Positions 54,429-64,000 of a DNA stretch of 64,000 bases are shown here, piece by piece. Under the pieces are notes generated by a model. That model was not told the origin of the DNA, made no database searches, and was given only the letters and a program-made list of their open reading frames with translations. Each line of letters begins with the position of its first letter. The stretch's first letter is position 1. Source of the stretch: Octopus sinensis (lineage: Eukaryota). The stretch covers positions 8,556,001-8,620,000 of the forward strand of contig NC_043005.1 of assembly GCF_006345805.1 (NCBI RefSeq), written 5' to 3'. The translations under genes and the position numbers were made by a program.

Positions 54429-55039
54429 TGATATTTTCTCACTGTTAATCATATTTCTTCTGTTGTATTTTGTTAAATAAATGTATATGAAATGCGTCGG
54501 TATTTAGAACGTACTCCGAATGTGCTCAGGCATTTGCTTCACATGTAACTGATAATGTTGCTAAAAATTGAGGACAGATTTAAGTTTTGAGTGGAAGGAA
54601 AAGTAAAAAAAGGAGATAATTGAGAAAATCTGATTTTGTCAGAGTCAATTATATTGTTTGTCATAACAGAAAGTATAGAGTTAGAACTGTCAGGGTTAAT
54701 GATTTGTATGGCTATTGTGGTATTGCCAAAGCAGTCCATCGCTGCTTCTAGAGAAAATTTGCTCACACCATATGCAGGTATTGATTGCAAGGCAAATAAC
54801 TTCAGCTGGGAGTTTAATTTGAAATACTTTGATAAAGAATATTATGACCAAGGTGGCAGAGTGGTCGATATAAAAAGTCTTTGTCAAGTACTGATTCGAT
54901 TCTTGCTCTCTTCCTCTGAATCACGAGCACTCCTCTATGAGGAATTGATGAACCACTTACAAAATATCTTTCTTACAAAGCAATCACTTATATTTTGTGG
55001 CTGTGAAAGCATGCGATCTCTGAAGCTGTGACAAAGTAT

Positions 55040-55170
55040 GGATCAGAACATCCTCCACCTCCTGCATATCATCATATTACACTTATCAAACAGATAGTCA
55101 CGATGGGTATATTGAGCTTCGTATATTCTAGTGTCACTTTGATGGCATACGCTGCTCTCTCACTCAATGC
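55040..55170 (+). mobile_element. 3' fragment of a (TAA)-tailed non-coding element
   Basis: Ends ctgctctctcactcaat then (AAT)n; matches the reverse complement of 55693-55800. Confidence 0.75.
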
Positions 55171-55240
<70 letters not shown>

Positions 55241-55522
55241 TAATAGCAACAACGAAGAAGAAAGTGAACGTGATACCAGTAGGGAATGGTGCATTTGGAA
55301 ATATCAGCTTCCAACAACCAACATCTCTTAAAACGATTGGTACATGTGTTCTCATAGAACACCCACAAGGATTATCATTGCTAGGAACTAAAAGAGTGCT
55401 TGGCAGGGTTCTTGAAATATGATCATTAAACAAGTGCTACCTTAGTCTGCTGGTTGAGGACAGCCGACAAGTTCCATCATACCCATCAAAATAAAGCTAG
55501 GGAACTTTCATGATATAATAAT
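55241..55522 (+). mobile_element. R4/Dong-like LINE 3' fragment 1
   Basis: KVNVIPVGNGAFGNI...LSLLGTKRVLGRVLEI*, then a 3' UTR ending ataataat. Confidence 0.7.
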
Positions 55523-55692
55523 GGTTCAGATGTTGGCAGAGGGTCAACAATTTTTAGAGCAGGAGAAAGACAATTACAACCTGTGTTCAGCTGGTACTTA
55601 TTTTATCGACCACGAAATGATGAACCTCCAAATGACTAATAGCGAATATCATCATCATCATCATCATCATCATTATTATTATTATTATTATT

Positions 55693-56244
55693 ATTGAGTG
55701 AGAGAGCAGTTCACGCCATCAAAGTGTCACTGGGGTAAAATATACGAAGCCCAATATACCCCTCATGACTACCCGTCTGATAGGGGTACACCAGGCATAT
55801 GCATCACAACCATATGTGCGCAACATGGTGATCTCATATCAAGATAAACAGCACATGACCTTGCAGGTGGGGCCCAGTTAGAATTTTCTTCAGATCGAGT
55901 AACCCATCCCGCTCAAAAGGTCCCTGAATAAGGGTTGTTTAAGGATGTTGAACGAAAAACCCATGTTTCCAGAGGTGAATTATTCAAACCCCAAAGAATC
56001 CCTCTCAACACATGGCTACGATGCTCCCCCACTACTTCTGCTCGTGATCAGAGATGCACATATCGTCAGCCACTAAGGAACATGCTCAACTGGTTAAAGT
56101 CAAACAACTGACAAGCAAATCTGTGGTATTGAGCAGAATATTTGCTGTAGCCCATCTTTTATACCAAGACAAAACAATGTACATGATAACACTTCCAATC
56201 AATTAAGATCAGAAGCCATGAGAGCCACTGCTTGGTACTGCATC

Positions 56245-56248
<4 letters not shown>
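55693..56248 (-). mobile_element. (TAA)-tailed non-coding element, about 555 bp
   Basis: Bounded by (ATT)n on both sides; no ORF; same 3' end as 55040-55170. Confidence 0.7.
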
Positions 56249-56281
<33 letters not shown>

Positions 56282-56283
<2 letters not shown>

Positions 56284-56790
56284 TTGTCTTTGCACAGCTT
56301 CTAATTCTGGCGATATACTATGGTTCCATCTGTTCACTACCAGTGAACTAAGGCAACACCCCTTATTTTTCGAGCACAGTCTGGAGTAATCGAGCGGTTC
56401 CAAGCAGTGCTGTCTTCTGCAAGTGCTCCACATTTATTGCATCCCCGATTTGTTCCATGGCTGCTTTCTCATCTTCTGTGACCTTTTCTGGCGTGTGCTT
56501 ATAACATCTTTTTTCTGTTGTTATTCCATAGTGTTGGCATTGCTTCCAGTGTATGTAGGTCCCAACTCTGTCGTGTCGGCGAATATATTCCTTCTTAGCC
56601 AGGAGTCGGCAGCCAGAGATAATATGATTTATGGTTTCTTGGCCATCTCCATATATTCTGCAGTTACTTATGTTTATTTTCATTATATGTTTTTGGTAAT
56701 TTCTGATGGGGAGGCTGCAATTAAAAATCTTTTTTTTTCTGCTTTGAGTACTGAGCTTCTCGGCCATTGCTGGGATTTTGCTTTGTCTCT
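56282..56790 (-). mobile_element. R4/Dong-like LINE 3' fragment 2, internally deleted
   Basis: CRIYG..ETINHIISGCRLLAKKEYIRRHDRVGTYIHW...HTPEKVTEDEKA joined to EHLQKTALLGTARLLQTVLEK*; 3' end runs into (TAA)n. Confidence 0.85.
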
Positions 56791-56796
56791 TTCTTT

Positions 56797-56855
<59 letters not shown>

Positions 56856-56910
56856 GTTGTTGTTGATGGCTGTGGTGCTGTCGTCGTCGTGGTCATCATC
56901 ATCATCATCA

Positions 56911-56947
<37 letters not shown>

Positions 56948-56949
56948 CA

Positions 56950-57230
56950 TTATTATTTAAGAATGTCGCACGGTATACAATATCGTGATCTTGTTGACTG
57001 AAGATATTGTGTCTACCGGGGGTTTGTACTGTTTGTCAAGTCACAACAAGGACCTCAGACAGACAGTACTTTACACAATATGTATGCTGTTCCAAGTAAT
57101 GGCGATTTTTGCAATACACCTAGATTGTAGAGTATTTCTAAAGTTTCTAAATGTTTTTTTTTTTCATGTTAGGTAATATTGAACCCAATGCTCCAATCAG
57201 AATAGGGATAACTTTTATGATTGACTCTTG
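56950..57230 (-). mobile_element. R4/Dong-like LINE 3' fragment 3
   Basis: KVIPILIGALGSI...LQKSPLLGTAYILCKVLSV* (slip in an A11 run); 3' UTR ends aaataataat. Confidence 0.8.
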
Positions 57231-57239
57231 TTGCTGCTA

Positions 57240-57308
57240 CACTGGGGACGATGTAATCGACTAGCCCCCTTCACCCCAAAATTTTCGAGGCGTTGTGCCT
57301 AGAGTAGA

Positions 57309-57364
<56 letters not shown>

Positions 57365-57391
57365 TTATTATTATTATTATTATTATTATTA

Positions 57392-57433
<42 letters not shown>
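57240..57433 (+). repeat. SINE tail variant B followed by (AAT)n then (ATT)n
   Basis: gatgtaatcgac...ttgtgcctagagtagaaa at 57250-57310, same tail as 22919. Confidence 0.75.
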
Positions 57434-57437
<4 letters not shown>

Positions 57438-57555
57438 TATTATATGTTTGAAATTTGCTTTGTATTTGTACAAGTTGACTTGTACAAATGATGTTTTCTT
57501 GTTTTCATGCTTTAAGACAATATTTAAGACACGCTTTTAAGACAAGTTTTAAATA

Positions 57556-57620
57556 GTAATTGGCGCACTTGGAAGTATCAGCAGTCAGCTACCAACATGG
57601 TTCAAAAACATTGGTACAAA
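57556..57620 (+). mobile_element. R4/Dong-like fragment 4
   Basis: VIGALGSISSQLPTWFKNIGT; nucleotide-similar to 55287-55345. Confidence 0.6.
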
Positions 57621-57624
57621 AATC

Positions 57625-59125
57625 CATCAGATAGATCCAGTTTCGAAAACGTTTTGCCATCATTTAATTCTGCAAAAATATCCTCCAGAATAGGCAGTGG
57701 ATAGTGGCACATTTTTAGACAGTCACTCAAACCAGTAGAAAAAAAGCAGACACCCTAATTTTGTTATTGGTGCTGCCCAGTTAGAAATCTCTACTTTTTC
57801 AATAATTCCCATCTTCTCAAATATGGATAATTCTTCCTCTGCCTGCTTTAGCGCAGCAAACAGTACCATTATATTTGATTTAAATACAGGTACGACGTTT
57901 TCCTTTGATTGAAAACTGGCTTCAGTCTTAGAAATGAGACTTAATTTATCCGACAGCTCTTCAGAAAACAAGTTTAAACAATTTTTTTCCAATTCAGCTA
58001 CTGAGTTATTTTAACTGGTGTGACAGCTTTTTATGTTTTTACAGAACAGTCTTATGGGGAGGTCTCATGAATCATACAACTCCAATCAGTCCGTAGCGAA
58101 CAGACTAGTTGCGTGTTTTACCACGAAAACTTTTGCTCTACAAGTTTTTCCCCGAAATGTGATATCACTCCACATTTCGCCTACGCAGTGTAGTTTTTCA
58201 TCTGTCACACCTCGTACAATTTTTTAATGTTTTCTTAACGTAGGTTTCCCAATTCTTATCCACCTGTCGGTATCAATAATCGAAATATTACCACCGGTAT
58301 CTACTTGTAATTTAATATTCACTTCGTTTACTTTTACATGTACAAATTTCTCTTTTTGGTGTCGCTTCTACTTTCCGTTGAGAAAACTTTAGATTTTTTT
58401 TATGTCCGACATTCCTAAATTTGGTCTGCAATGCGAGCTCTTGTGTCCTGCATTTTGACAACTGTAACAATTTTACGTTTTGAGAGGAAAATCGATCCTG
58501 CAATGTAGGGTTTCACAACCATAGCATGGATTTGGTCTTAATATTTTTTATTTACACCTTCCCGGTCGGTACGCTTGTACTTGTGAGAACTCAACTTCAA
58601 TTTTCTTTATGTCCTGACGTAAGTTTACCATTCTTTGACACTCATTTGCAACTACTTGCAGGGTTTAACTTTGGTCAGCTTGTTCAGGTTTTGTGAGAAT
58701 TCTTGCACGTATCTCGGAATATGTGTTTACCGTTAAGTGTTGTTGCTTTTCTTGTTGCTGAAGTAGTTGCTTCTGCAACTCCTCTTGCTGTTGTTGCTGC
58801 TGTTTTTGTATCAGTGTCATAGAAGCTAATAGGTCTCCCATCATTAACAACTTTGTATCACAAAAATTTGTTAACTTACCTGCGTGAGCTTCGAATCCTA
58901 GTCACCAATTATTGTAACGTAGTTACTCAAGCCAGTTATTCTAGTATCGTCACTATTTATGACGATACTTGTTTACACTATAACCGTGTAGTAACAATAA
59001 AATATATTACGAAGCAGGGTAGCAACAACGCAGCAATCCAACAAACTCTTCAGAAATTATACACGAACTAATAAACGATATTCCGACAAACTACCAAAAC
59101 AACACCTGACGACTACCTGCAATTA
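57625..59125 (-). mobile_element. Deleted and decayed Ty3/Gypsy LTR retrotransposon (5' LTR, gag, PR, RT N-terminus)
   Basis: LTR end CA at 58913 and PBS tggtgac at 58901-58907; CYSCQNAGHKSSHC knuckle; LQVDTGGNISII protease; GIIEKVEISNWAAPI; PLPILEDIFAELNDGKTFSKLDLS. Confidence 0.88.
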
Positions 59126-59332
59126 GCGCCTACTCTTTCTGTTTCTTTATTAGCCACAAGGGCCCAAAATAGAGTGGGACAAAGAAGCACAGACAGGACA
59201 CCACAGAGGGGACAATACTTAAAACGAATATTAATGAGATGATTATATAACAATGTGGTTATGAATGGCTGCATGCGCAACGCATCACATTCAGTACCAT
59301 TAATCTTTTTTACAGTCCATTTTTATCATGTA

Positions 59333-59723
59333 CAAGCAGTATCGCCCGGCGTTGCTCGGGTTTGTAAGGGAAATAACTATATAAGCATTTTTAGAGATGT
59401 AATGTATACTAGCCATCTCAATATGGCTAACCACAAAGGGGGATGTTACTCTAGCTTTTTACGTTCTGAGATTTAATAATACATTTTTAGAGAGTTACGT
59501 CCCTTACATAATAGCAAAAAATGCATTAAAAATGGGAAAAAATGATGGTAAATTTTTTTTAAATCGTAGACTCATCGTAGACGCGCGCTAATACGCAGAA
59601 TGGCTCGATATGAATCACGACTATAAGATACCCGGTTTTGGTTACACTGCACCGCAAAATGTGGGAGTAGTTAGGAATCTAAATCGTAGGAGACAGACAC
59701 ACAACTTCACTTTTATATATAAA
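59333..59723 (-). mobile_element. Non-autonomous Helitron (family 2)
   Basis: Minus strand 5' tttatatataaaagtg; 3' hairpin cccgagcaacgccggg then CTTG|T; its 5' end is repeated at 63882. Confidence 0.75.
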
Positions 59724-59929
59724 TGTTTACATAATTAATTATCGTGTTACATAACATTGCAAGTATTTGAACCGTTATATACATTTGTTCTTGTATACAA
59801 TTGTTCTTCTATTTTTCAATATTTTTAAAACATAACATAAAACATTTTACTCTTTCTTTTTTTGCTTTTTCCTCCTTTTTCTTTTTTTTCCTGTTAATTT
59901 AACGTACTTATTTTTTAACACCTACTCTT

Positions 59930-60146
59930 ACTTATTTCTTTATTGCCCACAAGGGGCTAAACACAGAGGGGATAAACAATGACAGACAATGGGATTAAGT
60001 CGATTAGATCGATCCCAGTGCGTAACTGGTACTTAATTTATCGACCCCGAAAGGATGAAAGGCAAAGTCGACCTCGGCGGAATTTGAACTCAGAACGTAA
60101 CGGCTGACGAAATACGGCTACGATTCTGCCAGCTCGCCGCCTTCTC
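59930..60146 (-). mobile_element. Third-family SINE with 16-bp TSD
   Basis: TSD tttaacacctactctt at 59914-59929 and 60147-60162. Confidence 0.92.
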
Positions 60147-60360
60147 TTTAACACCTACTCTTTCTGTCTCGCACTCAGATCGCTATTATTTATAGTCGTT
60201 CGGTCACATCTATTCTCGCAGGGGTGTTGTGGGTGTAGCCACAACGCTACCAAGTGTTAAAATTGTGATATAAAATCGAAGACGATTATCTGCATATCTT
60301 CTAGAAGTTTTTAGACGGGTATGTTTGTTAGAATAAATGTGTTGCTACTCGCAGTATTAT

Positions 60361-60767
60361 GGGATCTTTTCAGTTTGAACGGCAGTTTTTAACATAATTT
60401 CTAGGTAACTAAAAAATTTTAAAATTCGTATACTGGTAGAATGTGTTTATAAAGCATCTTTTTCTCTTGGCTTTATTGAGAAAATTCTATAGTTTGTAAG
60501 ATATTTGTTGTTGTTTTTTTTCGTAAAAATTTCAACCAATTTCAACCAATCAATTACTATTCTGTGCCGTATGAATATGTCCCTCGTTTAAGAAACAGAT
60601 TGGGTTTATTTACATTTGTGAAGAAAAAAAGATACCCTTCACCCCCACCCTAACCCTAACCCTAAAACAGATAGAAATGCAATAGATCGATACTAGGGTC
60701 ATAATTATGGGTGACAATTACATATGGCACCGTTAGAAGAAATTGCTGTTGAAACCGAAAAGATCCC
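60361..60767. mobile_element. MITE with TIRs of about 28 bp, carrying (CCCTAA)3
   Basis: gggatcttttcagtttgaacggcagttt / aaattgctgttgaaaccgaaaagatccc. Confidence 0.78.
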
Positions 60768-61223
60768 TCCGTTCTTCATCCTAAACTATTTTTGAAAATA
60801 ATAAATCTATATATTACCGTATGGGTTACAACGGGCGTAGTCAAGTAGCCAAATCGTTGTGAGTAAGATAGTTGCAGTCCCTGGGCACTCATCTTGACAG
60901 AGTCCTATTGACAAGACGTTGTGAGTAAACAAACTTGACAGATTTTAATGGTGTGCTAATCAAAGAATGAATCCGTTCATTTGCACAAAAGTTATAATGA
61001 AGCTTCTGTTTTTGATTGTGTGCTTTCTTTCAAAGACCTCGCAGTAATGGATTCTGTTGAGATTAGACACATTAGTGCAGAAGACTTTAAATTAATGGGC
61101 TGTCACATTTATTAGATATAAACTCTTTCAAGGCTACGGATAACTAGCAGATGGGATTTGAAAAGGAGTGATTTAAAATGTGAGCACTCTTATATATTGC
61201 ATTAATTTAGAATGACTTTATCA

Positions 61224-61381
<158 letters not shown>

Positions 61382-61426
61382 ACACATACATATATATATA
61401 TACATCCATATATATATACATACATG

Positions 61427-61483
<57 letters not shown>

Positions 61484-61499
61484 GCACACATGCATATAT

Positions 61500-61650
61500 A
61501 GGTAAAGGATGTCACCAACAGTAAACAACATGAAATACGAAAACAAATGACTTCAATACGCAAACATCGAAACAAAGGGAAAACAAGACAAGTAACATAA
61601 AGAAGGACCCTTCATCAGTTGTCGGCTCTCTCTTTGCTCTTCATTTCGAG
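61500..61650 (-). mobile_element. PLE-like terminal fragment
   Basis: Abuts (TA)n; minus strand has ctgatgaaggg, like 8921-8931. Confidence 0.4.
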
Positions 61651-61660
61651 CTGACTAATA

Positions 61661-61825
61661 GGCGCAGGAGTGGTTGTGTGATAAGAAGCTTACTTTCCAA
61701 TCGCCTGGTCCCGGGTTTAGTTCCACTGCATGGTACCTTGGCTAAATGTCTTCTACTATGGCCTCGGCCCGAGCAAAGCCTTGTGAATGGATTTGGTAGA
61801 CGGAAACCGAAAGAAGTCCGTCGTA
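61661..61825 (+). mobile_element. tRNA/CORE-type SINE head ending in (TA)n
   Basis: ggcgcaggagtggttgtgtgataag...ggaaaccgaaagaagtccgtcgtatata. Confidence 0.85.
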
Positions 61826-61875
61826 TATATATATATATATATATATATACTTTCATATAAGAGATTGTATATATA

Positions 61876-61920
<45 letters not shown>

Positions 61921-61934
61921 AACACATATATATA

Positions 61935-62467
61935 AATATATAAAAAATACAAAATGGGACAACAACGCAAAACATCCAGACAGATACAGGTGATAAAAAA
62001 GGGACAGTAAAACATCCAAATAGACGATACAAAGAAAACAAGGACGGGTCATTCGGATATCTCTTTCCTCAGACGAGTTCCAGATTATCTTTGCAATTTC
62101 GGCTGGCTATACTCCAATCTGGCCAGCCTCAAGGAGAACTAAGCTAAGCGCATTAGATTCCTTGGAGGAAAGCAGCGAATGTATACGAAAACAAGGACGG
62201 AAAAACCGCCAGCTTTATTTAATTCATCCTTAATCGAAAGACACCTGTTGTTATGTCCTGTTATTTGTATTTGTGTAACTATCACCGTTTTTTCGGTCCT
62301 TGTTTTCGTGTACATTCACTTCTTTCTTCCAAGGAATCTAAAGCTTTTACCTTAGTTTTTATTTGGGGCGGGCCAGATTAGAGCAATCTCGAGTATAACA
62401 AGCCGAAGTTACAAAGATAATCTGGAACTCGACTGAGGAACGAAAACTGCGAATAACCCGTCCTTTT
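61935..62467. mobile_element. Two diverged copies of one repeat in inverted orientation
   Basis: 62040-62207 vs reverse complement of 62286-62465, roughly 75-80% identical by eye; (TA)n on both sides. Confidence 0.75.
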
Positions 62468-62525
62468 TTCATTATATATATATATATATATATATATATA
62501 GCGGCGTACGTACACTTTGGTCTAC

Positions 62526-62569
<44 letters not shown>

Positions 62570-63041
62570 AACACATACACACATATATATAGATAGAGAG
62601 AGAGGGAAAGAGAGTAAAATAAGGATTCAAATAGAATCGGGTACTTGAAAAGACATGGACGAGGTAGGGATCGATAAACCTGTGGTCTCGGCCTATGGTT
62701 GATAAATAACAAGAAAGATATTCCTGTTGAGTACACAGAGAAAACCAACTCTATTGTGTGAGCTGAGAAAACCAATAATAGAGAAAACCAACTCTATTAT
62801 GTAGCGTCTAGGGGCTTGTCTAAAGTATGTTTTACGTTAAATTGTACATTGTTGGTATACTCTAGGGTGTCCGACAAGCCGTAAATCCCACTGGAGTATT
62901 GTAATTAAATAAATAATAACGGAAGACGGATAATTGTCAGCTGAATGCAGCTATTTCTTGTGCATTTTTTAGTAGAAGGATGAGAACATTACTTCATTAG
63001 AAAAGCTCATAATTATTAATTGAAACATAATTACACAAACA

Positions 63042-63475
63042 AAGGCAGCGAGCTGGCAGAACCGTTAGCACGCCGGGCGAAATGCTTAGCGGTATTTCGT
63101 CTGCCGCTACGTTCTGAGTTCGACTTTGCCTTTCATACTTTCGGGGTCGATAAATTAAGTACCAGTTACGCACTGGGGTCGATTTAAACTACTTAATATC
63201 TTTGTCTGTCTTTGTTTGTCCCCTCTATGTTTAGCCCCTTGTGGGTAATAAAGAAATAAGAACCGTTAGCACGCCGGGCGAAATGCGTAGCCGTATTTCG
63301 TCTGCCGTTACGTTCTGAGTTCAAATTCCGCGGAGGTCGACTTTACCTTTCATCCTTTCGGGGTCGATAAATTAAGTACCAGTTACGCACTGGGGTCGAT
63401 GTAATCGTCTTAATCCATTTGTCTGTCCTTGTTTGCACCTTCTATGTTTAGCCCCTTGTGGGTAATAAGGAAACA
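63042..63475 (+). mobile_element. Third-family SINE dimer
   Basis: Second unit restarts at agaaccgttagcacgcc directly after aataaagaaata. Confidence 0.9.
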
Positions 63476-63519
63476 TATAATTACACAAACATAAGAATAT
63501 CCCAAGAATACAGCAGGGA

Positions 63520-63880
63520 CATGGTTCAAATCTGTTGTGGCTACACCCACATACACACGCATACATATATACACACATACACACACATAAACACACATGC
63601 ACTCACACATACACACATACGCACTTATGCACACACATACACACACATGCACACACATACACATACACCCATACACACATGCACACACACACAAACATAC
63701 ACACAAGCATACATACACTGACACACACACATACACACAGACACACATACTCGAACACATATACATACAGACACACATACACAGACATAAACACACGCAC
63801 ATGCACACACATACACACACATGTACACACATGCAGACACATGCACACATATACAGACACATACAGTCACAAACCCACAC
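63520..63880. repeat. Degenerate (CA)-rich tract
   Basis: Direct reading; source of the HT/VC ORFs. Confidence 0.95.
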
Positions 63881-63881
63881 A

Positions 63882-64000
63882 TCTTTATATATAAAAGTGA
63901 GGTTGTGTGCTGTCTGTCTCCTACGATTTAGATTCCTAACTACTCCCACATTTTGCTGTGCAGTTTAACCAAAACCGGGTATCTTATAGTCGTGATACAT
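63882..64000 (+). mobile_element. Helitron family 2, 5' end (runs off the window)
   Basis: A|TCtttatatataaaagtgaggttgtg...; reverse complement of 59610-59723. Confidence 0.8.

Overview
AT-rich, microsatellite-saturated animal genomic DNA. The SINE repertoire and the (TA)n/(TG)n load suggest an octopus or other cephalopod; this is inference and no database was searched. No host protein-coding gene can be supported, and most ORFs in the track are translated microsatellites. The window is a mosaic of: tRNA-derived SINEs (at least 3 families, several with 15-16 bp TSDs); decayed DNA transposons (two mariners, one pogo/Tigger, hAT-Charlie/Buster, MITEs); non-autonomous Helitrons; a deleted Ty3/Gypsy element; an RTE-like 3' piece; and a cluster of R4/Dong-like LINE ends in (TAA)n tracts. 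The most notable pattern is a set of Penelope-like element (PLE) remnants that sit in (TA)n tracts, are often folded back into long palindromes, and repeatedly carry hammerhead-ribozyme cores or half-cores with self-complementary stem III (ACGCGCGT, ACGATCGT, ACTATGCATAGT, ACGT). The copy at 45550-45660 retains every catalytic-core nucleotide. A 100-N gap lies at 50388-50487.
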